In this document: positions 38,711 to 51,431 of the stretch, piece by piece
Position numbering within the stretch: the first letter of the stretch is position 1
Layout of the letters: each line of letters opens with the position of its first letter
Assembly (NCBI GenBank): GCA_002633005.1
Contig: NMRA01000018.1
Coordinates: 879,531 to 943,530, forward strand
Length of the DNA: 64,000 bases
From: Phoronis australis
Lineage: Eukaryota > Animalia > Phoronida
Reading direction: 5' to 3'
Made by a program: the position numbers and the translations under genes
Notes under the pieces: model-generated
What the model saw: the letters and a program-made list of their open reading frames with translations, nothing else
Told to the model about the DNA's origin: nothing
Databases searched by the model: none

Positions 38711-39718
38711 TTAAACCGACGTAACGTATTCCACGCGGTGAAAAATATGCGGACATGCTTCAACTCTTGTGTCAATTTGGTGTCGATGTCTCACTTGGGA
38801 AGGTCTTGAGCAGAACACAGAGTTTTCGAAACTTGACAACAGCACCCCTAATTCTTTTCTCACTGCACGATTTCTTGAGCAATATATTAATGGGTCACTT
38901 ATAGCGTTCAATGACAACAAACAGTAACAAGTCAAAAACGCTACATCCCCGTTCTTTTTGCTGGTAGCTCCTAGAAACACCATAATATATGTAAATGCAC
39001 ACGGTAACCAAAATCCAAAGAACGTTCCAACAATGAGCATCGACGTTACCAAGCAGCTAGTCATCTTCCTACGTCGAAGTTTGTGATATATGATCGAATA
39101 AAACACAACTATTACTACAGTAATGACTATAGATACCACGCACTGCACGAGTTGATACAAGTTGTATGATACTTCCGGTTTGTGAACATCACTGTGAAAA
39201 AGGACTTGGCAACTAGCTACCGCTAGTACAAGCAGCCATACCGCAACAGTGGCCCAGACTGCGCGCATTTTAGACAGCACAGCATTAAATGTGAACGGTA
39301 GAAGGGTTGCGAGTAGTCTCTCAAACGACATCAGCAACATTGTCAGCAGTACGCCGTATAAAACCGGAGCTGACAAGATTCGTAGTATTTGAGAAATTTC
39401 AGCCATTCTCTCGTCTCCTTGAAATCGCTCTGTAGTTGAGAAACAACCACAATACATGCCTTTGGTGATTGAACTAAGAAGTTGGAATCCAGCATACAAA
39501 ATGTCCCCACTTGTTAAGCTGACCAATAAACACAAAGTGACATTTTTCTGCTTGACTCTGATAAGTGCAACACCGGAAACAAGGTTTAAAACTACCGCCA
39601 CTAGACCTGTGGCCAATAAAAAGTTGTTTGCGAAGCAAAAGTCACAGTCCACGATTGTTGTATTAGTAATGTTCCTCAACGCAGCATCAATCCCACTAGT
39701 GTTGTCAGAAACGCCCAT
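38711..39718 (-). CDS. Intronless class A (rhodopsin-like) 7TM GPCR, orphan, 335 aa
   Basis: Open 1008-bp ORF with seven hydrophobic segments: N-terminal sequons (NTS, NIT, NTT), TM1 Asn (VVLNL), TM2 LTSGD, TM3 SFERLLA (DRY-like), TM4 Trp, TM5 FYSIIY, TM6 FFGFWLP, TM7 SDPLIY, helix 8 RNRAVRKEL. Confidence 0.9.
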   Translation of the reverse strand: MGVSDNTSGIDAALRNITNTTIVDCDFCFANNFLLATGLVAVVLNLVSGVALIRVKQKNVTLCLLVSLTSGDILYAGFQLLSSITKGMYCGCFSTTERFQGDERMAEISQILRILSAPVLYGVLLTMLLMSFERLLATLLPFTFNAVLSKMRAVWATVAVWLLVLAVASCQVLFHSDVHKPEVSYNLYQLVQCVVSIVITVVIVVFYSIIYHKLRRRKMTSCLVTSMLIVGTFFGFWLPCAFTYIMVFLGATSKKNGDVAFLTCYCLLSLNAISDPLIYCSRNRAVRKELGVLLSSFENSVFCSRPSQVRHRHQIDTRVEACPHIFHRVEYVTSV

Positions 39719-40654
39719 GTTACGTCAACGATGACACAGTGGATTACATACACCTGTTCATGCAAAGACCACGCCTAGCTGCTCCTAGGCACATTTCATA
39801 AACGAAAAGATAAGCCTAAAATTAAAATATCTCTGAGCAACACTCACCACAACGACAATGTAAAAATATTGTTCGTTCTCTCTAAGGTTACACGGTAAAG
39901 CCAACTGCGTGCGACGTTGTTCGATTGTTTGATGAAGCCAGAATCCTGAACAAACATAATGTACTGAAAGGCCCATCACGCGATATAATCTCGTTGTTAT
40001 GTAATCATGTCCAATCAATTATTGGTCGACGAGCGGCGTTGGCTGGATATGTCGATTTCTTCCGGTGCATGTACAGTTCTTGTTGGACAGGTTAACAAAA
40101 GTGCATAGGGGTATGACGTGTAGAGAAGACAAAGAAGTTCTACCAAGTGATTAGGTATCATCATTTTAGCATTCCGTGGACCATAGAATTCTAGGATTGG
40201 ACCGCCAACTTAATTCGATCACGCGCGGCTGAGGTTGCGCCGCGCATTCGTGGGAGTTGTTTGCATTCGCTGGTTCCGGTGTTGGTTCTTGCTACGGAAT
40301 AAAGGACTTAGGTTAAAATTTTGTTTAGTAGAAACAAAGATAGTTTAGAATTGTTTTCGCCGAAAACTTTTTCCGAAGAAATTTCATTTATATTTTTGGA
40401 TTATTTTGCGGCATATATATGGCCCCAAACATTGCGAGAGGACCACCTACTTGCGATTCGAGAAGCTGGCCATGAGTACTACCGCTGTTTACATGTACGT
40501 GTAGCTGGTAGACGTATTAGCCTACAATAATTTCGTTAAAATATTTCCACGTGCTAAAGCACCACCTGACCTCTAATGCGATACCAGATTCGCGATGTAC
40601 CTAGGAGAAATAATAACAATCAGGCCTATGCATTTTAACACCACGCCAAGGGGA

Positions 40655-40990
40655 AAATTAAAAAACGGACAATCGCCGCACAATTAAAAAGGTTCGTGTT
40701 CATTCAACGTTTCGTCTATTCATAAGACATCTTCAAGATAATATATACAATACGACAGCAAGTGTCGAATACCAGTCAAGTCACATCCATGTACAGAGCA
40801 TAGTAAGTAGGTCATCACCATAGTTGTAGGGTCACCGAAATCTGCAAGGGGAAGTATCACTTCTTCACAATCAACAAAAATTTTCACTAATCCGCTGTTT
40901 GTCAACCAAATTGGATGAGAGTCATATCACAAGAAAGTTCTTTTGCGGCTCTTAATCGTCTAAGATGAATAACTTACTTCATAAATAATT
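40655..40990 (-). mobile_element. Penelope-like element 3' end / pseudo-LTR fragment
   Basis: Minus strand 40740-40655 closely matches 63691-63770, the 3' end of the GIY-YIG element. Confidence 0.65.
40703..40740 (-). ncRNA. Minimal type I hammerhead ribozyme (UUGAAGA variant)
   Basis: tc-ttgaaga-t-gtct-tatgaat-agac-gaaa-cgtt-ga: core boxes, stem II gtct/agac and palindromic aacgtt stem III. Confidence 0.6.
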
Positions 40991-43900
40991 ACCATTTTGC
41001 ACACCTGACAGGTTTAAAAACAGTTTGTTAATTCTAAAAACCAAGTGTGTTATCAAAATGCGAAAAAGAATCGATTGTAATAGCGAAACTCTTCCTTCCA
41101 CTAATCAGTCAACTAAACCAACGCCAATCCACGAAAAAATCAAAACAAAACAAAAATCACTCCAAGGATCATCTTTCAGATTCAGCTTAAACATTGTGTA
41201 TGTGATCGTGGTGTGGCTGAAATCACCAATTTTGCAATTAGTAACCTCTTAACCTATAGGCTCATTTACTACTTAAGCCAACACTAGCGTGTATTATTTT
41301 ACTAACATAGAGTGTATTAGTCTGCGCGAAGATAGTTCGTTTCCGTCATTTTGCGTGGTAGTTGGTGGCTCACGATTCCTGTCTATGTTAGGCAGTAACC
41401 CGTCTCTGAGTCAATGTAAGTGTTACAAACAACTGTTGTAAATGCCGATTTTGATCAATTCCCGATTCTGGAATCTAACCTGGACCACTCATGTACGCCT
41501 GCACGGTGCCGTATAAAAAGCGGCGATCAACGAAAGAACATCAAAATGTCGTGACTGTCGGGGATTCCCTACAGGGATCTCCCAACATTTGACGTCAAGG
41601 GAAATAACTTCGATAGCTTGCTGATATTTGATCGAGTTCAAAAATAAAGTGGTTAATAAGGACAAAACACTATTTACTTGCAAAGTTGATCAACAATGAT
41701 CGATATTAGTATGACATTCTAGTTGTGAAATTGTTAATGGGGCTATTCTGAAAATTTACATTAACTAGAGGGCGTGCGTGTACTAGTGGTGATAGATTAA
41801 CAGCCTCGATTTCGCGAGCCCTTTAAATAAATGGTGAAATGGCTTGTAGGTGTGCAAACTGAACCTGAGATTGCGTGAAAAGGGTGCTTCTATGAGAGAA
41901 AGTAAGCACTACCTTATACAAAGGTAAGGTTTGTGATTATTTTAAAGATTATTCCATGTTTATTCTACTGATGCCTGTTAACTGAGATACTCGCCGATGT
42001 CGACTTCGCGACAGTCGCCAGTCGGGTTAATCTTTGTTGTGACGCTCGTTACGATACTTATTGTTTGGAATGATTTCAAACAGGTTTATCAGTGACACTT
42101 ACATCAATGAATGCTGAATGTTTAACTCGATATGGGTTAGTGAGATTACAAGCCCAAGCCCAATGCCATGGCAAAGGGTACGTAAATATCAATTAGACTA
42201 TTTGTTGACTCCCTATCCTATGTCTTCCGGAAATTTATTGCAAATTGAAATGAAATTCTATAATGTCTGTTTTCACGTGACCTTTGATTTTTAGGTTAGA
42301 GGGCTTGTACCGTGCAGAGGAGATATGCATCGTTTCTGCATCGACCCTGAATGGACAAAAATTGGTTTTAAGCAGTTGACTGCAGCTAACCAGCAAGATC
42401 TTCCCATCCAGTGTACATGTAGATCTGTTGTTAAAGCCTACTTTCTTCATTGGAGACAACGAACAAGCTTTGTTACTCCTTTCTCTTCCCACAGCATTTC
42501 CACACACCATTAGTGCTGCATGGCGCAATGTACGTGTCAGTGGCCCTGGTGAAATGTGAATCTCAGTACGAAGTTACCATAAGACAACGTGTTGTTCGTG
42601 TAGGAAGAGGAACTATATCTACTGCTACACAAGTCAGCCTCGTTGGTGAGGATACCCTTTGAAAGGCAATAAGTCATGTGTGGACAATAGCTTATTTCCT
42701 TTCCTGGAAGAAACATGCTGGATTGAAGCTAAAGAAGACGTAGTGACACTCTGGTCTAGTTCAGGGTCAGATTTTGGGCACAAAACGAGTCAAGTGATAT
42801 GCTTTTGTGTTTACCTTCACGGATCTAATTGAGGCTTAATGAGGTTACCTGGAGGAAAGCCACGTGCCGGAACTGGACCTTTTTTATATAGGCTATTGAA
42901 ACTAGATCTCTGTGAAATGAAAACCAAAAGCATTTGGTATAAATACCTGTCCTTTCTCACTGAGTGACATTAACATTTCCTTTCAGAAGAAAGGCGTTAT
43001 ACTAATGGTAAAAACTTTTCAATTTGGTAAACATTATGGGGAAATGACATTCAGTGACTGCATCGATTGTCTCATTGTCAGCAGAAAGCCCGTTAATGTT
43101 ACACTATAATGATCAAATCAATTTTTCATCAACAAAAACAGGCAAGTTTGTCACTAATTATTGAAACCACAACATTTCCTAAGTTTTAAAGCCCCATACA
43201 GTGCAGTTGTGCTTATTCTTTATAAATCTGAAATGACTAGCGATTACGCTTGCAAATTGTCGTTTTCCTGTTGACCTCTAGGAATGTGCGGCGATCAAAA
43301 TGAAGTGTTCCCTTTGCTTGCATTTGATTTGTTTGTATGTCTATTTTTAGAGCTTTCCTAAGAAGGCCTTTGAACAATTTTAAGTTTTGTGATAACTTGT
43401 CCACAACAAAAATTCCACATGCAAGAAAAGTATATAAAGAAACAACATTGTTAAAAACAATTGTAATTTTCCCACGCAGTGGAGTCCATAATCAGGCATA
43501 TCAAAGGCTGAATTTCTGAATTAGGTTCAATTCTCTGAGGTTATTGCTGAAGGATTACTTTTCGCTTTGTCCAAAGGTAAAATAGATGATCAGGCGGCTG
43601 GTGTCAGTCGTTTTCTCTCACCTGTAACAGAATAGTCAGAGAAATATTACCAAATTATAAAAGAAAACACAAGACAAAACTATTTTAGTAAGGCAGAACA
43701 TACTTGACGTTTCATCTTCATGTTTATATGTAGAAACTAAATCTTTGTACCCAAGTCTTATTTAAGATCTGAATTAAACTATGTGAAACAGGCTAAAAGT
43801 GATTTAATAATGCGTATTTTTCAAGACACCTAAAATGAGCATCTGACCTCAACAAGTAAATTCATTCTAGGTGTCAATTTCTATTCCAATGCAATGTTAT

Positions 43901-45087
43901 GACGTTTACTGAATAGCTTATTCGTGTTAATTCGGTAACTAATCTGGTAGTCCTGGAGGTGGGGTCGGCTATGAAATAAGGAAACTCACTCGTCTAAAGA
44001 ATTTTATTGGACATAGCATAGCTTTGAAGAGAAACTGCTGTGAAAAAGGCACCCCTGACTTCTGAGCGTCACGTACCACACACCTCTTATATTGGGCGCA
44101 TTCCCACCCTTGGAGGACAATATGTGAGTATGTGCTGCTAGCCTACTCGGCATCCGAGTCCTGGGTGAGTTTCCGAAAAGAAACACTAAGTTCCATTAAA
44201 TAAACCCGTTATTCAGTGGGGTAACTGGTGGGGATAACACCACCGAACGATGTCGATAGAAATTCGAGTGCTAAAAGCTTACCAAGTAATCTTATCTTTA
44301 TGTAGTCTCCCAAAGCCCCAAAGGGGCTTCGGCATCCACACACTTTTTCTCAGTTGGTTGACCCTTTTGACTGCAATGCTCCACGAATGTAGTAACCTTA
44401 GGTCTTTTGGTAATTTGTGACCACCTGTCGAAGACTTGCACCAGGGAAAATAGCAATAATAAGGCTTTGCGCGACGACGTATTTTGATAACAATCCGTCT
44501 TTTTACCAGCTGTTTACATGCAGACAGCGACGCATGCGCAATTCAATCACCACAAGTACAGCAGCGACACCGCGAGGAGAATTCTCCGAATAGCCCCATT
44601 GTAGGAATTACTCTTTGTGGAGGACAGTGACAGAAGACTCGCCAGATCTTGCCTAAACAAATCTCTGGACGAGTTTTGGTAAGGTGGTTATGCCATGCGC
44701 ATAAGAGCACAGGCTAGTTTTCTTTTATGGGCACAAATGTCTATAGGGCTTCAAAAGTTCACGAAGAAAATTACATGTATTGCATACCGAAAACAGCAAG
44801 TTTACACTATCAAAACCTGGTAGATTGCATGCAATGAAGGAAAAGAAATAATGTGATTAGGAAGTGATACATTAGAACTCCTAAATAAAACCGATACAGA
44901 TAATTTCGCTGCATCCACCACGTGATAGGAAGGGATAAATCTGGAGGCACTTTTTGCCCAGTCGCCAAAGTGGGTGCCACTCGAGTGCTTCAACAAGACA
45001 ATTATGTTTGCGGGGCTGTGGACGTGTATTTTTGGACAGATCTTGGGTGTGTGAACAAATTAGGAAATCTATGACATGGATTTTTCA

Positions 45088-46735
45088 TTTTTATGCGTCC
45101 ACATATTTATATGTGGGTGCATATAGCCGTCATCTCTGTCTGGGCGTCCGCAACTGTATCTCCTAAACCCTGAACAGGATCGTGATGAGATTTGGCAAAT
45201 GTGTTTCTATGAAGTTGGCGACGAACGACGACGAATTTCGGACCTATTCGACAACAAGTGTACCCCTAGTGGCAATTTTAGTTCTTTATATTTATCTCTG
45301 TATCTTCGAGGGTCCTGAACGGATTTTCATAAAATTTGGCAGTTAGGCAACTTTTAGTGAGACAACGCTATCCTTCAATTTTCGGATGGATTCGAAACAT
45401 TTTGCACCACCTAGGGGCCATTTTTACTGTTTTCGAGTCTGTTTTTGGCGTCCGCCCCTCTGTCAACCAAACCACTCTAAGGATGATTGTGAAAATTGGC
45501 ATATACGTTCCTACTGTGAAGAAGACACCTGGCGATGATTTTCCGACGACTTCGAATACATACTGTGGCGCCACCTAGTGTTTGTTTTGCGCCCATGGCT
45601 GTATCTCCTAAACGCTCCACAGAATCTTTATTGAATTTAGCAAATGTATTTATATGAAGTTGACAACGGACATTCGGACAGATCGAACCACCGGTGAGCC
45701 CCTTGTGGCAATTTTATTTCTTTGCGTTTACTCCTGTATCTTCAAAGGTCTTCAACGGATTTCCATAAAATTTGGCAGATAGGCATCTATTAGTGCATTA
45801 GTGAGTTGATGTTATCCTTTTGTTTTCGGATTGATTCAAGGTATTTTACGCCACCTACTGGTCATTTTTATTGTTTTCGAGTTTTTGGCGTCCGCCCCAC
45901 TGTCAATGAAACCACTAGTGGAACTTGTCATGTATGTTCCTATTGTGAAGAGGATGGCTGTCCATGATTTTCCGACGACCTCGAATACTGTGATGCCTCT
46001 TAGCGGCAGTTTTGTTACATTTACGCCCATGGCTGCATATCTCCCAAACTCCCTGCAGGATCTTTATTAAATTTAGCAAGTGTATTTACATGTATATGAA
46101 GTGGACAATAGACGGCGACGACTTTCAGATGAATCTGACAAACTCTGTGCCCCTTAGTGGCAATTTAATACTTTTTCCGTCTTCCTCTTTTTTCTCTCTA
46201 ATTCAAGCTCCTTGACGGATTTTTAGGAAATTTGGTGAATATCTTTCTGTTGAAACGATGACATGTTCCTGTTTTCGAATGAATTTGACGTATTTTATGC
46301 CATCTAGTGGCCATTTTTACTGTTTTGTAGTCTCTTTTTGCATCTGCCCCTCTATCAGCCAAATCACTCTAAGTATGATTGTGAAAATTAACATATATGT
46401 TCTTAGTGTGAAGAGGACGCTGAACGATGATTTTTCGATGACTTCGACTACTGTGGTGGCTCCAAGTGGCAGTTATGTTTTTGCGCCCATAGCCCCCTAG
46501 TGGCAATTTCATTTTTTCCGTTTTCTTCTGTTTCTCTGAAGTTCCTTGACCGATTTTTATGATATTTGGTAAATAGTTTTCTATTAAAGAAACAATGACA
46601 AGTTATCGTTGTTTGATGGATTCGGCTTATTTTGTGCTATCTAGTGGCCATTTCTGTGATACAAATAAACACCCCTAGAAGCACACCGTTGTGGTGCCTT
46701 CGTGGCGCATTTCAACACTCTGCGTTGCTCTTGTT
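45088..46735 (+). mobile_element. Helentron-associated non-autonomous element (HINE/DINE-like) with internal tandem array
   Basis: 5' ttttatgcgtccacata..tatgtgggtgcata (subTIR plus IR) followed by gtct/gtcc remnants. About 11 monomers of ~146 bp form a ~440-bp higher-order unit (tatctcc.aaac at ~45157, 45602, 46038). The 3' end is gtggcgcat, a short hairpin and cttgtt, in a T-rich site. Confidence 0.7.
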
Positions 46736-46930
46736 TGTTTTAAAAATGTCCCAATATTGAATATTCTACAATTTTAAACGAATGTTTTTTAACTTCATTA
46801 TATTTAAAATGGTTTCAATCAGAAAGAATTAATGAGAATAAACATTTTAGAGACCATAACGTTGTCTGACCTATTCATTCACCATGATTTCGCCCATTGA
46901 GCGTTCACAGCTGACCGTGACTCAGGTTAA

Positions 46931-47879
46931 GGTAGGTGTATACACTGATCAAATCTCCAGGTTCCTAACTAAAATGAGTAAAAAGGAAGTTTTAACTAGT
47001 TAGACATGACTCTGAAAGTGACAAAAATCGAAAAAAAAAAGTTTTTTTATAGTTCGTTTTTTTAAAAAATCGTATTTTTTAATTTTCAAAAAATCCAATT
47101 TTACCTCGAATTTTTTTTCAAAATGCACAGGGATCATCATCAACTGTTTCCTTACGCAATATTCTACTTATCCATACCAAATATATGTACAAAATCATTA
47201 TGATCTTGATTTTGTGGCATTTTTTGTGTGTGAGTTGGGGCAAGCACGCCACTTTTTGTCATTTGGTCACTTTCCGTCTAATAACTAAAAATCTGGTCCA
47301 CTTATCAAATAACCCTGGCACGCGATTTTACTTCAGTCCTAGAGGATTTCAAATTTGGAACTTTCGTAAAAATTGACGCACATGTTGTGGAAAAATAGGC
47401 CCGAAAATCTTGTCACTATCCTGAAATCACGAGCCGAGAAAAACGGCTTTGAAGTTAAGCGGTCATCGATTGCCACTTGAGATCAAATTTCGTTCAGAAT
47501 GCGTGGTCATTATGTTCCAATTTTTGTTGAAGTACTAGAAATAAAGCTGATATTTACTTCATATTTAGAAAATGTGACATACCTGTTTGTTTACAGCGTA
47601 ATTTTAATCATTTTTTCGAACTTGTGAAGCACGACAGACGACCAAAACAAATATGGCTGTCACGTGGGCGGAGCTTAGCGTTGATCTATTGTCTGCTGTA
47701 CTGTTGTGCCGACCACACATTAAAACCATGTGTTGATTGTTTATACGATTCATCTGAACTCTCCACTCAGACTCAGTTTGTAAAAGACTCTCTAACTGTA
47801 TTACACAGACCTATTTGTTAGTATTCCAATATTATCATCAACCAATATAATATATTATGTATTATATCAAATCGCCGCG
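46931..47879. mobile_element. Second, right-truncated copy of the 490-2403 element, including most of the LTR
   Basis: TTAA at 46927-46930, then collinear high similarity to 490-1386, ending at tcaaatcgccgcg. Confidence 0.9.
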
Positions 47880-47999
47880 GCACAGGTAATGACACGTTGA
47901 TCTGGTATCAATACCCACGACGGTTAACACCCTTAGAGATGATTTTAAGGTTGATATGATTAATTCTTGTGATTTTTAATGAAATATTCTGATTTGTGC

Positions 48000-48680
48000 A
48001 CTATTTAGGCGATTTAGCTTTCACTGGGATCGAGACCGACAAAAAAATCGCTTTTATGACAAAATCTTACATCGCAGGAAAAGTGTCGATTTCTGCAATA
48101 CAATACAGGAAAAATTATTAAAATCGCACTGTACTATGAAAAATTATTGATTTTGTGTCAAATTTTGACTCACTTTTTAGTCAGGTCGGCCATCTTAGAC
48201 GACAGCGGCAAAGGTGGCGAGTTTTAAAGTGTTTATAATTTTTTCACAAATATTCTACAATAAAATTTGGCGAGACACATATCTTTACCATTCTGTACGA
48301 TCCAAGAATTTTCACTAAAATTTAATCAAGCAAATGTAACTTATGGACTAGTAAAAGTGCGTGCTATTCACGTTGTATTTAGTTGCCTTCGGCACCGAAA
48401 AGATGGTGACTTTTTCTGAACTGAAAGAAATGTTCAACCGGTTACTTTGCCTTCACTGAAGATTTAACTAGAATACATCTGTAGTCACGCTGCTTCAAAA
48501 AAGCAGCTTTGTAAAATTTTCCAGTGTTTGTGCTACATGTATAACTAAAAGGAGTAATTCTTGTATTTCACTGTGAAGTTCTCATTCAATTGACACGTTG
48601 CTAAATAAATAGTTGACATTATTTTGAACTCGTTTTTTTGAAAGTCAACTTTTCGTCAAGGTATTTTGCTATTAGAGTAA
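48000..48680 (+). repeat. Diverged dispersed repeat, also at ~55620-56280
   Basis: Shared acatatctttac..attctg.acgat and tgg.gactttt.ctgaactgaaag..atgttcaa.cgg.tactttg. Confidence 0.65.
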
Positions 48681-49241
48681 ACGCAAAAATTGAAAATTGC
48701 AAAGGATCAAGGGTGAACAACCAAGTTAAAGCCAAGATGGCCACGCCCCAGAAATGTGGTTGCGTTCCGTTTGGCGCACGAGTCTCTGGAGTAACGTTGG
48801 TGCGGTCATCAGGGGATTAATTTGCTTACAGTGCACGGTAATATCACCAGACGTATTGTGTGATCTTGCGTTTTCGGGAAATTCTTGCATCTACGGCAAG
48901 CAGTGATTACACTAGCTTAGGTTGCGAACAGCGTGTCATCTATCCATCTTAAATAATCCCTATTACGTTCCCATGCATTCACCAACCAGTTTTTGATATA
49001 CTGAACAGTTGTTACACAAATGGTGACGGGAACTCACCCTTTGTATCCCCGTGACCAACACATGATTATGAAGAGTGGAGATCAGCAGTATCCTCTGCTT
49101 GTTGTCATGTTGCATTCACGCGAGGCTTGTCTTCAGTTGAATTCTAGTGACGGATGAAGGCTAGGCCCTCTAAGCTATACAAAGCCTGTCAATGTGGCCG
49201 CAGGCATTACAATTCTCCTGGTCGCCACAAGGGACCACTAT

Positions 49242-49663
49242 AGTGCCGTTTACACTCACAAAGTTGACACGGATCAGCTGACACGGAGCAAGTTGTTCCA
49301 GTGTGTAAAACGGACTGACACGGAGCTAATTGACAACGCGGTGACAAATTTTTGCCACCCGTTTGTGAGGTAGAGCAATTTGCGCCCGAACATCTTGCGC
49401 GTGTCAATTATTAGTCTTAACGCGAACCTGGAGCAAGGCGGAAAGGATCATCTCTACTGCGCTTGTGCAATGACCTACGTACGAGTTCTTTGTGTTTGCA
49501 AGACTCGTCATTTGTAAACCTACGCAAGTGCGATCCAGTCTCTCCAGTCTTTAATTTCATTTTGCCAAGGTTAGTGAGTTGTGTGTGTAAACGGCCGCTT
49601 GACACGGGTCAATTTGCTCCTTGTCAGTTGCTTCGGGCCAAAAGTTGATGTCTAAACGGGACT
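49242..49663. mobile_element. Harbinger-like MITE
   Basis: Imperfect TIRs agtgccgtttacact / tgtctaaacgggact, with repeated tgacacgg motifs and inverted ggagcaa.ttg. Confidence 0.55.
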
Positions 49664-49993
49664 TTGGGCGACCAACTTTGCTCTAATTCCATCGGTCGCC
49701 ACAATCGCAAGTGACAATGGTAAGCTGTCTCAAACATGCAATATAAACTCAAGCTTTAAATTTATTATTTTCATATTACATGAATCTCTACTGATTCATT
49801 ACAATCTTTACTAAATTTCAGCACACAATTTGTCGTGTCAAATATTATTTGAGACTTCCCACTGACAGGTTCTTTTTTCAAGGAGGATTAAAAGGCGCAG
49901 ACGACGCCGTGAAGAACGAGTTTGTTATCTATTTTTAAATCAAAATACGTCACATGTCGTACCTAGCCAGCTCGCTAAATGTCACAAGTGTAA

Positions 49994-50287
49994 AAACGGC
50001 CCTCGATTATTCGAGAGGAACGGTGCCTGTGCCTTCTGAAACGGTATTTTTGGGGGGCGAGTGGAAAATTCTTCCTCCCTGTTGCAAGCCCTCATAGGCT
50101 GTGCTTCAAGTAGCCAAAAGTAATATTTTGCGCTCTTTCAAATTGTGACCTGTGTGAGTTGCAAATTATTCGAACCTCGAGGGGAAATTTTGAACCTCAT
50201 GAGGGGAATGTTTCGTAATATTTCAATATCTTTCGGAGCAGAATGGGATGGATATTCGGTCCCAAAATCAAGGGATTGAGGGCCCTG
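49994..50287. repeat. Copy of 4005-4581 family without the nested MITE
   Basis: ggccctc...gagggccctg ends; collinear with 4005-4173 plus 4397-4581. Confidence 0.6.
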
Positions 50288-51207
50288 AAAACGTTATGGA
50301 GAGACTGGGACGCGTTTGCCTTTCGGTGGCAGCCGAATGAAAGTAAGGTAAAGTAAACGTCAGCTTGTTACTTAATGAGTTTTATATTCACTGCTATGCA
50401 CGATTCAGCTTTATTTTGCAAGTCACAAGAGATTTTAACGTTTAGGACCTAAATGTCTTGCACATCGAAATGCCCACGTTGGCGGGCGTACACTGTACCC
50501 CCGCCGTAACCCGGGGATAGGAGGAATCCCTGTACAATATTTTTAGGTCAACGTCAAGGGTCTAGGTGGCCGAGGAGGAACTCTGCGCAAACTTTTTAGG
50601 TCATAATGAAATCCATGTTGACTGACATCCCCTCCAACTTATTAGGTTGCAATAAAATCATCTGTTGTTTTTTCTTAAAGCAAACTTCTTTTCTTATAGT
50701 ACATTTATAAAAAGAATCTGTACATAACATGAAAAATAAAAAGTTCGGTCCGTGTAACTGTGTTTTTATCAATTGCGGGAGTTGGCGATGTGATCGGTAT
50801 GCTTCCGACCAAGGCATGCGCATTGATGCCCACACACGGAATTCCGTCTGTCGTTCATCGTGTTTCCACAGGGCCACTTTTCAGTATTGGTGGCGCTGTG
50901 TCAAGGGGTCAACAGTCAATGAGAAAAATATATAGATCATCGGTAACAGTAACACAGATGCGCCGGAAGCCGGAAGTCGGGTGAGGTTCGTGATCTCGAA
51001 ACTACGTGACACGCGTGTCAGTCGTTGTGATGGGCTGTTGCGTGACCTTCCATCGGGCTCGTTCGTTGTCTGGCCCCGATCGAAGTTCAGGCAGCAGATT
51101 TTAGATATTGCGAACTTCGCCAGACTTCCGACGTAACTGTTATTGTGCAATGGAGTACGCACTACTCCCTTCTTTAGTTATGGTGTTTCCTAGAAACATG
51201 ATCGTTC

Positions 51208-51431
51208 CATGCGCGCACCCAGCCTAAACATTGGGGGCTCAAATTTTTGAAAAGGTGTACCTTTATTAGGATTCACGGGGTAAGTTCAGAGCTATGAATT
51301 ATGCATTTGCAGAAATTTGGTGGTTCCTGCCTTTTTAGTGGACCTTTGTCTCGTTTTCTTCTTTTTTCAGAGGTTTTGTTTCTCCTTCGAGGCCCCCGAG
51401 CACCCCCCNCCCCCTCCCGGGTGCGCGCATG
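51208..51431. mobile_element. GC-rich MITE with perfect 13-bp TIR
   Basis: catgcgcgcaccc / gggtgcgcgcatg; flanks cgttc / cactc may be a decayed 5-bp TSD. Confidence 0.7.
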
